A DNA stretch of 64,000 bases, taken from Lingula anatina (taxonomy: Eukaryota; Animalia; Brachiopoda). The notes under the pieces are model-generated. The model was given only the letters and a program-made list of their open reading frames with translations, searched no databases and was not told the origin of the DNA. A program made the translations under genes and the position numbers. Of this stretch, positions 52,979 to 63,682 are shown in pieces; position 1 is the first letter of the stretch, and each line of letters begins with the position of its first letter. The DNA lies in NCBI GenBank assembly GCA_051362555.1, contig CM120643.1:5456001-5520000 (forward strand), read 5' to 3'.

Positions 52979-54100
52979 ATGGCGGATAAAAATTCTGAAG
53001 GTAACAAGCAGCCCGAAAATTCGGGTTCAAAAACCAGTAAAGTTATCGTCAAAGAGAGTAGACCAAAACAAAAGACTGACAAGGAGATAAAAACACATGC
53101 GAAACGGGTTGTCAGTGCGTCTAAGGAGATTTCTAATGAGGAGGTGAAAGTGCCGACACCACGTGCTTCGGCTAGCACATCGAATGACACCTCCAATGGG
53201 GGGAATGTCGATCTTTTGGGTCAAATCTCCAAAAAATGGAGCAAATGCAAAAACAAATCAATGAAAACAGTAAACGTCCTTTAGAAGTCGACGAAGACGA
53301 TTTGTTGGCTCTTAGCGATGAGGAGTCGCTTGATATGGATTTAGAAGTTGACAACCTACTGACTAATACTGAAATCCACAGTGAAACGGAAGGGAATATA
53401 ATTCTTGAGAAGATTTCCCAAGAATTAATTGACGAAGAAGCAACATCTCCTAGTATGATGCCAGAATTGGCGGAGATTCTCAACAGAATAACGTCAAAAA
53501 GAATTTCGGATGAGAAAATTAAGGAAAAGTTGGAGAAGTTTCCACCTCCAGCGAACTTGAGTGGGCTGAAAGTGCCCAAAGTTAATACAGAGGTGTGGAA
53601 TAAAATTCTACCTGCTACCAGAGGTAAAGATATTAGATTACAGAAAGCGCAGACCAGGGTGGTCAGAGCGCTCACACCTCTGGCCCAACTTGCGAATATG
53701 TTTCTGGAGGCTAAAAAAAAAAAAGGAGTCATTTGATATTCCAGCTGGTTTGTCTCTTGTATTAAATGCGTTTTCGTTTGTTGCCAATGGCAGCATTGAG
53801 ATATCCCTTAGAAGGAGAGAACTGATAAAACCAGACTTGCACAGGGAGTACAGAGACGTTTGTTCACCGGACACCCCCATTACCGAATGGTTATTTGGCG
53901 ATGATTTTGCCGGGGTTGTGAAAGGTATCAATGAAACCAACAAGGTAGCAACAAAAGTCGGAAGCCGTAAAGATTACTATGGGCGTAATCGCCCAGCATA
54001 TAGGCCAAGAGGTTTTCAAAAGTACACGCCTTCAAAAAACGGCTACAGAAATTTCAAGAAATCAAGGCCAAATCACGCAGGCAAGCCCAAGCGGGATTAG
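52979..54100 (+). pseudogene. DIRS gag-like ORF1 split by two frameshifts
   Basis: Pieces 52964-53284, 53236-53736 and 53690-54100 break near A6 (53231-53236) and A12 (53713-53724). Motifs PPPANLSGLKVPKVNTEVW, DIRLQKAQ, RRRELIKPDL, WLFGDD resemble DIRS ORF1. Confidence 0.8.
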
Positions 54101-54171
54101 AGAGAAAAAATGAAGCACCTAAAGAGGTCAGTATCAATTGGTCATCATATATTGATGCTTTAAAAGATAAA

Positions 54172-56214
54172 TTGGCCACTGAGATAGCAAATTTTACTGC
54201 AGGTAATTTACAAAAGTGCAAAAAGTTTTGGCCAAATCTTACATCAGATAAGTATATACTGAATACTGTTTCATATGGTATCAATATTGAAATAGACCAA
54301 TCAACACAACAGTCAAGAATTCCTCAGACTTATGCTTTCAATAAAGTAGAATCTGATATAATTTGTACTGAAATCCATCAACTTTTAGAGAAGAAAGTGA
54401 TACGAAAGGTCAAACATTGTGCAGGTGAATTTATTTCCAATATTTTCTTAAGAGAGAAAAAAGATGGAAAGTACAGATTGATTTTAAATCTGAGGAAACT
54501 TAATGCTTCTGTTGTATATCATCATTTTAAGATGACCAGTTTGCAGTCAGCCATTAATCTTATGAAACCTCAGTGTTTTATGTCAACCATAGATTGGAAA
54601 GATGCTTATTATTGTCTGGCAGTTTGTGATGAACAAAAGAAACTGTTAAGATTTGAATTTGATGGGAACTTGTATGAATATCAGGTTTTACCAAATGGCT
54701 TGGCGAGTGGACCACGTGTTTTTACTAAAGTTACCAAACCAATTTTTTCCTATTTGAGGAAATTAGGTCACATGAATTGTCCATACATTGATGACAGTCT
54801 CTTAGTTGGAGAATCTTTGCAAGATTGCAGAGAGAATGTGATGCAAACAGTTAAAGTTTCTACTCAAGCAGGGTTTACTGTGCATCCAACTAAGTCTGTT
54901 TTAGAACCAACACAAAAGTTGGATTTTTTAGGCTTTACATTGGATTCTGTAAAAATGCGAGTGTCCTTAAACAAGAGACAAGCAGATAAAATATTTTCGG
55001 CATGTACCGATCTCTTACAGCAGGACTGTATAACTATACTACAATTGGCAAAAGTAGTAGGATTATTGGTAGCATCTTTTCCTGGTGTAGAATATGGGCC
55101 TCTTTTTTATAGGTCACTGGATATGAGAAAAAATCAAGCTTTGAAAGCTAGTAAAGGAGACTTTCAAGCAAAATTGCAGATTGCCAATGATGATGCCTTG
55201 AAACTAGACTTGACTTGGTGGATACAAAATATTCATTCAAGTTTTAAGTTGATTTCACATGGGAACCCTTCATTAGTTATTTATTCTGATGCATCAGAAA
55301 AAGGATGGGGGGGAGCATGCAGGGGCATCACATCAGGAGGAAACTGGTCAGCAGTTGAAAGTACTTTTCACATTAATCATCTTGAATTATTAGCTGCATG
55401 GTTTGCTCTAAAATGCTTTGCACGAGATGAAACAAATATTCACATTAAAATGTGTATAGATAATACAACTGCTTTGTCATATATTGCTCGAATGGGAGGG
55501 AAAATACCCTCACTAAATAATTTGGCCAGAAAAATTTGGTTATGGTGCAAGGGAAAAAATATATGGTTATCAGTTGCATATATTGAATCAGAAAATAATG
55601 TAGAAGCTGATAAAGAAAGCAGACTTGATCATGATAATCTTGAATGGAAGTTGCACCAAACAGTATTTAAAGATATAACTAAGCAGTTTTATCTACCAGA
55701 AACAGATCTGTTTGCTTCAAGGCTGAATAATCAACTACCTAAATATGTATCATGGAAACCTGATCCATTTGCTATGACAACAGATGCCTTGTCTATTGAC
55801 TGGTCACAGATAAATGCTTATGCATTTCCACCTTTTTCTTTAATAGGAAAGATGTTAAGCAAGATAGAGTTTGATCAAGTGGATAGTATCATAGTGGTAG
55901 TGCCTTATTGGACAACTCAAGTATGGTTTTCAAAATTGAGCCATATGTTAATATCTTGTCCTTTTTTACTTCCCAGGAAGCAAGAATTGCTGTGGCACCC
56001 ACACAAAAACATGGACAATCATCTTCCAAAGTTACAGCTAATGGCTTGTGTATTGTCAGGGAAAGTTTCGAAGACATGGCATTTTCGCCAACAGCTGTCA
56101 AATTGGTCATGTCCTCATGGAGAGATACAACTGTCAAGCAATACGAATCTTACATTTCCAGATGGATTCAATATTGTAGTGAGAGGAACATTAATACCCT
56201 GTCACCAAATGTAA
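54172..56214 (+). CDS. DIRS pol: reverse transcriptase, RNase H and Dam-like methyltransferase domain
   Basis: Uninterrupted 680-aa ORF (frame open from 54004). RT motifs DWKDAYY, LPNGL, YIDD; RNase H motifs YSDAS, HINHLEL, DNTTA, NVEADKES; methyltransferase-like DLFASRLN and AYAFPPF. Confidence 0.95.
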   Translation: MATEIANFTAGNLQKCKKFWPNLTSDKYILNTVSYGINIEIDQSTQQSRIPQTYAFNKVESDIICTEIHQLLEKKVIRKVKHCAGEFISNIFLREKKDGKYRLILNLRKLNASVVYHHFKMTSLQSAINLMKPQCFMSTIDWKDAYYCLAVCDEQKKLLRFEFDGNLYEYQVLPNGLASGPRVFTKVTKPIFSYLRKLGHMNCPYIDDSLLVGESLQDCRENVMQTVKVSTQAGFTVHPTKSVLEPTQKLDFLGFTLDSVKMRVSLNKRQADKIFSACTDLLQQDCITILQLAKVVGLLVASFPGVEYGPLFYRSLDMRKNQALKASKGDFQAKLQIANDDALKLDLTWWIQNIHSSFKLISHGNPSLVIYSDASEKGWGGACRGITSGGNWSAVESTFHINHLELLAAWFALKCFARDETNIHIKMCIDNTTALSYIARMGGKIPSLNNLARKIWLWCKGKNIWLSVAYIESENNVEADKESRLDHDNLEWKLHQTVFKDITKQFYLPETDLFASRLNNQLPKYVSWKPDPFAMTTDALSIDWSQINAYAFPPFSLIGKMLSKIEFDQVDSIIVVVPYWTTQVWFSKLSHMLISCPFLLPRKQELLWHPHKNMDNHLPKLQLMACVLSGKVSKTWHFRQQLSNWSCPHGEIQLSSNTNLTFPDGFNIVVRGTLIPCHQM

Positions 56215-57029
56215 CTGATGTTGTAAATTTTCTAGCCCATTGCTTTGATATGGGACTTGGATATTCTGCTCTTAATACAGCAAGATCAGCACTTTCAACT
56301 TTTATTATGGTGGATAAGTGTCCAGCAGGTGCTCATCCTCATGTGGTTAGACTGATGAGAGGAGTTTTTACTTCTAGACCTGCATTACCAAGGAACAATG
56401 TGATATGGGACACAAGTTTGCTTTTGAATTACCTCAAAAAACTTTCACCTGTGAAAAAACTTAATCTTTTACAACTGAGCAAGAAAGCAGTGACATTGAC
56501 CATTTTATTGACAGGTCAAAGAACGCAATCCTTGCATCTTATTGACATTCGTAACATCACAATTAATAAGTCTAAAGTCACATTTAGATTTGGTGATTTA
56601 CTGAAGCAGTCAAGACCAGGTCACCACATTGGTGAAATAACAGTGACAGCATATGCACCAGATAGACGATTATGTTTATGTACTGTCTTAATGGAATACA
56701 TGGACCGTGTCAAACATTTAAGAGGAAATATCACAAGATTGTTTTTAACATCTGTAAAGCCATTTAAGGCAGCAGCCAAATCTACCATATCTAGATGGAT
56801 TAAGCAAACTATGAATATGGCTGGTATAGACATGGAGAAATTTACTCCACACAGCACACGTAGTGCAGCATCTTCACAATCAAAACTTGCTAAAGTGCCA
56901 TTAGACACTATTTTGAAGACGGCAGGCTGGTCTAAAGATTGCACATTTGCTAAATATTACGATAAAGAAATAACTCAACAGGGCCAGTTTGCAGATGCGA
57001 TTTTGTCTGGCACTGGTGCACATGTTTGA
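55908..57029 (+). CDS. DIRS tyrosine recombinase
   Basis: 373-aa ORF overlapping the end of pol. Catalytic-type motifs GQRTQSL, LKQSRPG, HSTR, AGWS, TFAKYY; N-terminal YSALNTARSALS. True start uncertain. Confidence 0.94.
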   Translation: MDNSSMVFKIEPYVNILSFFTSQEARIAVAPTQKHGQSSSKVTANGLCIVRESFEDMAFSPTAVKLVMSSWRDTTVKQYESYISRWIQYCSERNINTLSPNVTDVVNFLAHCFDMGLGYSALNTARSALSTFIMVDKCPAGAHPHVVRLMRGVFTSRPALPRNNVIWDTSLLLNYLKKLSPVKKLNLLQLSKKAVTLTILLTGQRTQSLHLIDIRNITINKSKVTFRFGDLLKQSRPGHHIGEITVTAYAPDRRLCLCTVLMEYMDRVKHLRGNITRLFLTSVKPFKAAAKSTISRWIKQTMNMAGIDMEKFTPHSTRSAASSQSKLAKVPLDTILKTAGWSKDCTFAKYYDKEITQQGQFADAILSGTGAHV

Positions 57030-57093
57030 CATGGACATTCAGATTTACAGGGAGATGTTTTATAAACTGTTTATTTTGATTTTACTTTTTTAG

Positions 57094-57249
57094 CTGCAAC
57101 TTGTGCAGTTACAGTTGTTACCTGCAAATTGTGCAGATGAAGTTCTTTCGAGCATTTAAATATGCTGTTTATAACTGCAACTTGTGCAGTTAGAGTTGTT
57201 TCCTGCAAATTGTGCAGATGAATTTCTATTGTGCATCAAATATGCTGTT
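57094..57249. repeat. 81-bp tandem duplication in the DIRS 3' non-coding region
   Basis: ctgcaacttgtgcagtta...ctgcaaattgtgcagatgaa...aaatatgctgtt starts at both 57094 and 57175. Confidence 0.85.
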
Positions 57250-57383
57250 ACAAGTTGTTTGATAAACAAGTTTATTGTTCTTTGCAGTTAATACATGTTG
57301 ATTTAAACACATAGTGTTTGTGCCTTTATTTGCTGGTTTCAAAAAACCTTGTAAGGTGTTGTGTTTGGACCACACTTTGAACG

Positions 57384-57510
57384 TCTCATGTGGAGCCTAT
57401 TACGTCACTAGACGGTGATGTGGAATTAGAGGGTTAAATGAACTTACCGTAGGTGAGTGATATTTGACCTGGATTCCACATCATCGTCGGTGACAGAATA
57501 GGGTTCACAT
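57384..57510. other. DIRS internal complementary region (ICR)
   Basis: 57384-57427 is the reverse complement of 52577-52620, and 57424-57510 of 57612-57698; the halves overlap at AATT (57424-57427). Confidence 0.95.
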
Positions 57511-57583
57511 CCCACCCTGGGATAGTTCCCTTCCCGTGAACCTTTCTGTCACTCTGTGGTCCACACTACAACTACTTTGAAAT

Positions 57584-57698
57584 ATGACGCTGAGCTGCGC
57601 GCGCATCTCTCATGTGAACCCTATTCTGTCACCGACGATGATGTGGAATCCAGGTCAAATATCACTCACCTACGGTAAGTTCATTTAACCCTCTAATT
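57584..57698. repeat. DIRS right inverted terminal repeat plus right-end extension
   Basis: 57584-57649 is inverted relative to the left end; 57650-57694 is complementary only to the ICR. Confidence 0.93.
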
Positions 57699-58030
57699 CT
57701 GTAATACACTGCTTGGCTCATTTAACGCTCTGCAAAACCGTCGTCTTGTATGCAAAATTTTAAATTCTTCTATGCAGTAGTTGCCGATATATGGATACTT
57801 TTTTGACAGAACCAAGTTAAGGAATACACTGTACACAAGCTGCTGGAAATTCCGCAAATAAAGTAACAGTTTTTTTAGCAATGGAACTTAATCCATTTGC
57901 TTAACCCTTATACATGTAGAATTTACCAAAGATATGCAATCATATCGTATCTGCACAACATATTTAAGGCTCATGTCCTCTGTTAATATACTTTATTATT
58001 TGATTTTACCTATAATGCATCAATATTTTA
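57699..58030. repeat. Diverged fossil monomer, right part
   Basis: Matches monomer ~606-722, then 2587-2636, then ~985-1105. Confidence 0.8.
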
Positions 58031-58243
58031 CTGTTCCTACATAGCAGGACGGCACTGGCCTAACACTGGCCCAGCTCATGTTTATATGCTAACGGAATGT
58101 TCTTGTTGGCATACCAAAATTGGCCTGATATTGGCCGAAGGTTGAAAGGTCAACGGCAACATACAAGTATGGGTCCAACGTTGGCGCAACGTTGGAAATC
58201 CAACGCGAACCAAATGCCAACCATACCAACAATGGGCCAGCGA

Positions 58244-58330
58244 TTTATTATTATTTTTATTATTATTATTATTATTTTTAATTTATTATTTTATTTTTTA
58301 TTTATACATGTATATTCATTTATTTATTTT
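58244..58330. repeat. ATT/TTTA low-complexity tract
   Basis: Directly visible. Confidence 0.8.
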
Positions 58331-58556
58331 TGCTATCTGCGTTGTAGCTTTTGTCTCCAATATGTCGACCATTCACGAGCCGACTTATAAATAACGATTT
58401 GTTTTATTATTCCCCTTCTTGGTCACGTCTGAAATTGGACAATGTTTTGCCAATTTTTTTATAAGTTTATTTCTGTCATACCAACAAATACAGCATAAGA
58501 ATACATATGTATATATACACACATACTAAAGCATGCGCACCCGTCTACGTACATGT

Positions 58557-58586
58557 GCACACACACACATACACACACACATACAC
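58557..58586. repeat. Imperfect (CA)n microsatellite
   Basis: cacacacacacatacacacacacatacac. Confidence 0.85.
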
Positions 58587-59441
58587 TTGTACTTAACTGT
58601 AAAGCTATTCGTTGTAGTTTATAGCGGTCAACAACTGTATTGATATTTTAATAAGTATATAAAGGCTAACAGTGATAAATCACTTACTTTATAATATCGT
58701 TATTAACATAGTAGCTTGCAGAAGTATATATACTTAACATGTGTAAAGGCAGATTATTTAGAATAAAATATTCATAGCAGAAATGATTACGTTGTTTATA
58801 CCAGATAAGTGTTTGTTCTAAGCACCCAAAAGAAACTGTTTCAGTTTTATCTATAACAAGGCAGCAAAGCTGTCAAATGTACGGACCAAAAAAAAACAGA
58901 AAATAAAGATGCAAAATAGGTCATTTTGTCAATTTTGAAGCAATAATAAATAATGCTTATAATAGCACTGTCAGTCAACACTGAATTTTAATCATGCACA
59001 ACAGGTAACATGGTCAATAACAGGAGCGGACCCAGAGATATTTTCTGACAGTATTCCAAAGTATCTATGTTGATCCATCCTCCATTTTGATGGTCTTCCA
59101 ACAGAAAAATATTATATTTATAATTTATATTGACAGATACCAGTCAATATAAATTTAATAACCTGACCGTCTTCCGAGGGAACCAGAAGATGGTCTCAAT
59201 CCACCCCTTCAATAAGATTACAGTTTCAGGACCATGAGAGTTCAAATTCACATGATGAAAGTCTCAATATTTGAAAAATGATGACAGTGCATAAAATAAT
59301 ATTACATAATGTTTAAAGACATAAAAAACAATACAACTGCTTATGTGGAAATACAGAAAATGTGCAGAGCCTCAGGCAGATGAGAATTAAAAGTCACAAA
59401 TGCCAGTGTTTGAGAAAAAATTAAAAAGGACAACATAACAA

Positions 59442-59659
59442 AACTAGAAAAGCACTCCGAGAGCACAGACCTCTGCCAAGGCAGCAATTATTGATTATTA
59501 TTGATTGATTATTGATCTGGACCACCACCAAAAAAATTGTCCTCCTTGGCCCACTTCTGACAGTTCCTGAAAATTTCATCAAAATCGGTCCATAACTTTT
59601 TGGGTTATGTTGATGACAGACAAACAGGGGTGAAAACATAACCTCCTTGGCAGAGGTAA
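59442..59659 (+). mobile_element. Short non-autonomous element resembling Helentron-associated (DINE-1/HINE-like) repeats
   Basis: Starts aactagaaaagcactc. Subterminal inverted repeat acctctgccaagg (59469-59481) and ccttggcagaggt (59645-59657), gacagacaaaca microsatellite seed, 3' mini-hairpin, A-rich flanks. Confidence 0.7.
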
Positions 59660-59705
59660 ATATAATTCCAATGAAGCTGCTATTCAAACTTTTAATCTTT
59701 GAGTT

Positions 59706-59707
<2 letters not shown>

Positions 59708-59771
<64 letters not shown>
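59708..59771. repeat. (AT)n microsatellite, ~32 units
   Basis: Perfect dinucleotide run. Confidence 0.98.
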
Positions 59772-59778
<7 letters not shown>

Positions 59779-60599
59779 TTATTTGCAGTATTAAACAAAA
59801 TTTACTTGCATAATTATCACTGCTTCCTTATTATTAATGTAGCAGAGATCTTAATCTTTGGGAGTTTACAGGGAAATATCAACAAGTGTGCTTTATGTAA
59901 TCTCATTTAATGGCCTATCAATTAGGCAAATGACTAAACTCTGAACTCAGCTAAGTGATACCCAAGGGAAATTTTCAGACTGATCCTCTCAAGGGTCTTT
60001 CAGGCCCTTAAGTCACATCTTAAGAAAAGCACAAAACAATAATGCACAAAATAGGAGACTACCAATACTGATGCAATAATACATTATGTATAACTGCACA
60101 GTTGACATCAAATTTTAATTATGCACAACAGGTAACACCGACAAAAGTAAAAGCATAAGGCTTCAGGCCCATCAGAGTTCAAGTTTATACTTAGAAAGTG
60201 CCAGAAAAATGAAAATTTCACACAAAATTGCATAAATTCAATAATAAATGATAACCCAATTGACCTGGCTTTCTAATTTGAACTGCATGCCAATCCTAAA
60301 AATCATACTTGTAAGTTAAAAATAATAATAAGTAACACAGTTTTTTTTTTCATAATGTTTGCAGTAGCAGTGCAAAAAGATTTTTGTCAATTTTGATATA
60401 ACATTACATAATAAATTAATAATAAATAAATAGAATAATTATCACCAATTTTTGATTATTGACTATAAATAGCATGGACATGTAGAAAATTTGATTACCA
60501 TTTGGCTTCATGTCCATGGGAGCTCCCACAGTGAATATGCCAAAAAGATAATAATGAATATTTCACTAAAACGTATAACTTCCAGAAAAAGAAGCCAAT

Positions 60600-61215
60600 T
60601 AGACTGCTTTTCCAACTCAGGCTGCATTTTAGTCCTGTGTTTCTTTTTTGAAAGTTTGACAGTCTAAGTAACACGGTTTTCCCATAATGGTCATCATGGC
60701 AGCAGCACCAAAAATTGTGTTTTCTTCTATTTTGATGCAACATTACATAATATTTAACAGCATAATGACCATCAATTTTAAATAATAAAATATATGTATC
60801 ATGGATTTTCAGAAAATGTGATTAGCATGGGTCTTCAAGCCCTTGGAGGTCCTAAGTCACACCTTGAAAATGCCAATATGTGAAAAATTAAATTTTCACA
60901 AAAAACTGTTTAATTGCCAGAAAAATTTACCAAACAGACTGCATTGCCTACTGAAGCTGTATTTTAGTCCCATGTTACTTTCCTGTAAGTTTGAGAACAG
61001 TAAGTGACATGATTTTCCTTAAATGGTCATCATGGGAGCAGGGCCCAAAAAAGGGGTTTCTTCAAATTTTGATGCAATATTACATAATTTTTAACAGCAT
61101 ATGACCATCAATTTTTAATAATAAAATATTAGTATCATGGATATTAAGAAAATGTGACTAGCAAAGGTCTTCAGGCCCAGGGAACTTCAAAGTCACATCT
61201 TGAAAATGCCAAAAT
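60600..61215. repeat. Degenerate tandem duplication, period ~336 bp
   Basis: agactgc...ttttagtcc...aatggtcatcatgg...ttttgatgcaa...gaccatcaatttt...ggtcttca...aagtcaca..ttgaaaatgccaa occurs from 60601 and from 60937. Confidence 0.8.
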
Positions 61216-62073
61216 GTAAACAAGACAGCACTTTTCTGAAATGGGTTTATTTACATTTTTAACATAAAACAAAATAAACAGTTTACTGCCATTTTTATAT
61301 GACCAACTAAGAAAATTGATGAGATGGGGAAAATATCAATAGAACAATGTTAAATGTCCAATTTCCTCCATTCTGAGATTCTGAACATAGTGGATGATTG
61401 AATCTGACAAACTGCAATGATATGTGTTTATTTACATTTTTGACACTTTATTACACAATACACAATGACAAGTTTACCATCATTTTTACATAATCAACTA
61501 ACAATGTTGTAAAGATGCAGGAAATTTCAAACAAACACTTTTACGTGTCTTATTAGTTCAATAATGAGACTATTAACATGCCTAAGAATTGAATCTGAGG
61601 AAATGTGAAAAAAAAGCATAACTTCTAAAATAATGGCCTGATTATGCCGATTTTCAAACTCAACCTGCGTTTTAGTAAGATTGACCACTCCTGTGAGTAC
61701 AATGACAATTGGCCCATCCGTTTTTCTTATATTGTGTTATCAGTGTTGCATATATGCTGAAAAAATGAAAAAACAGCATAACTTCCATAAAAAAGGCTCG
61801 ATCATGCTGATTTTCGAACTTGACCTGCCTATTATGAATATTCATCAGTTCTGTAAGTTTCAACCAAAAAAGTAGAGTAGTTTTTCACTTAACGTGTTAT
61901 CAGGGTTGCATATATGCTGGAAAAAAATGAAAAAACAGCATAACTTCCATAAAAATGGCCTCATCACGCTGATTTTCGAACTTGACCTGCCTATTATGAA
62001 TATTCATCAGATCTGTAAGTTTGAAGCAAAAGGTAAAACAGTTTTTCACTTATTGTGTTATCGGTGCTGCATA

Positions 62074-63682
62074 CAGGGTTGCTACTTAAAATGGAATATT
62101 ATTTATCATTGTTATTTTTGAGTGCTGATTAAAATTGTTTTGGCTTGAGTCATTAAAAAAGTATGTCACTGAGTGATTATAACATCCAGTCTTCTGTTGT
62201 GAGATATTTTGTTCAATAATATTAAATCTGACATAAGATGCCATTCAAAAGAAAGGAACACCCCAAGAAAACCATATCAACAGTCTGATGTCAGTATAAA
62301 CTTTAAGATTAGATATTAAAGAAAATGATAGCCTCCGGACAGTGATATGTTACACAGTCAAAGAACTCACTACAGTAAATCATGAAAAGTCAGTAATTTC
62401 GGGTATGACCTCCAGCAGCCGCTTGCAGCGCCCTCATCCTACATGGCATACCCTGTGACATGTTTTTTAGGGTTTGGCTGGGGATATCATTCCACGCAGT
62501 GATATTTGCCTGTCGCAGTTCATCACTATTTACCGGTCGAGGACCATAGCTATTAATTCTGTGAGTTACTTCCGCCCACAGATTTTCAATTGGGTTAATA
62601 TCTGGAGAGTTTGCAGGCCAGGGCAGTTGCTGAACCCATTGGTTTTGAAGAAAAACAGTGATTCTGCGGCCTTGATGTGGGGTTGCGCAGTCGTCTTGGT
62701 ACGCAAAGTTGTTCCTGAAGATGACTCTTACCAATCGAATCATTGTATGCTGTAGAATGTTTCTGTAGGAATCCTGGATGAGGTTGCCTCCTAGAAAAAC
62801 CAACTGGTTCTGGGCACCGACATGAAATGCTCCCCAAACAGAGACGTTACCATCCCCTGCTTGCACCCTAGGCAGTACACAATCATCGTTTTATGCCCCT
62901 CGTACACGTCGGTGGACACGGATTCGACGATCAACCCTAAAAAATCCATATATGGCCTCATCACTGAAAACGACGTGATTCCAGTGTTTTGGCTGCAAAC
63001 GCACGTGGTCCCCAGCCCATTGCAGACGTCGCTGTATATGACCTGCTGTTAACAGTGGTTTCCCTACTGGCCTTTGTGCAAAATAACCGGCTTGCAGTAA
63101 TCTCTTGTTCACGAGGGACCTTGAAACGGGCGTTTGAATGATATTCTGCCTCTCTTTTCTGAGGACACTGGTTGTCTTTGTACGACCAGCACGGCGTCCT
63201 TTAAGGAGAAGGCGATCCTGTCTTCTTGGTGTGATACGCGGACACCCTGGTCGAGGTATTGGAGTAGGTGCCCCTGTTGCAGCAATTCTTTGGAGGACTT
63301 CACAAACGGTTCCTGATAAATGTTGAATTACCTGACAATGGCTGTCCCTTTTCTGGCCATTTTCTCTCAGAGCAAGAATCCCATAGTAAGCTGCGTTGCT
63401 TAGCTGTCGAACCATATCTTCACTAATGTACCTGTCAAGTTTCAGAGCGTTTTTAAACAAGGGCAGAAATTGCCGAAAAGACCACCCCTCACATTTCTGA
63501 CCACAGAACATGCAACTGCATGCATCAATTGTTTCGAGAGTTGTGTGGTAATTAGGTAACACCCCTGGCTACATATGGAGTGACACCTCAGCTTTGGATT
63601 AAAAGTAGTTAGAGAGAAATTAAATATTTTGTAGAAAAATTACTCGCCAAAAAATAATATTCCATATTAAGTGGTAACCCTG
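62074..63682 (-). mobile_element. Full-length Tc1 element (1609 bp)
   Basis: TIRs cagggttgctacttaaaatggaatattattt and the reverse complement of cagggttaccacttaatatggaatattattt; TA at 62072-62073 and 63683-63684. Confidence 0.93.
62390..63415 (-). pseudogene. Tc1 DD34E transposase, frameshifted
   Basis: ORFs 62891-63562 (likely ATG at 63415; RPGCPR, WNHVVFSDE) and 62390-62866 (VWGAF, QDDCATPH, WPANSPDINPIENLW); 34 residues separate the second D from E. Confidence 0.92.

Larger units (their letters stand above)
52577..57698 (+). mobile_element. DIRS1-type tyrosine-recombinase retrotransposon, structurally complete (~5.1 kb)
   Basis: Non-identical inverted terminal repeats, internal complementary region, right-end extension, and gag-like, RT/RNase H/methyltransferase and tyrosine recombinase ORFs. 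AATT at both ends; the flanks rejoin to monomer sequence. Confidence 0.97.

Noticed and set aside
55690-55930. Methyltransferase-like domain as a novelty
   Set aside because: A Dam-like domain after RNase H is a known feature of DIRS1 elements.
52957-56944. Minus-strand ORFs within the DIRS element
   Set aside because: Antisense shadows of gag, pol and recombinase with no motifs of their own.
58097-59910. ORFs 58097-58390, 59421-59798 and 59647-59910
   Set aside because: They are open mainly because they cross ATT or (AT)n tracts.
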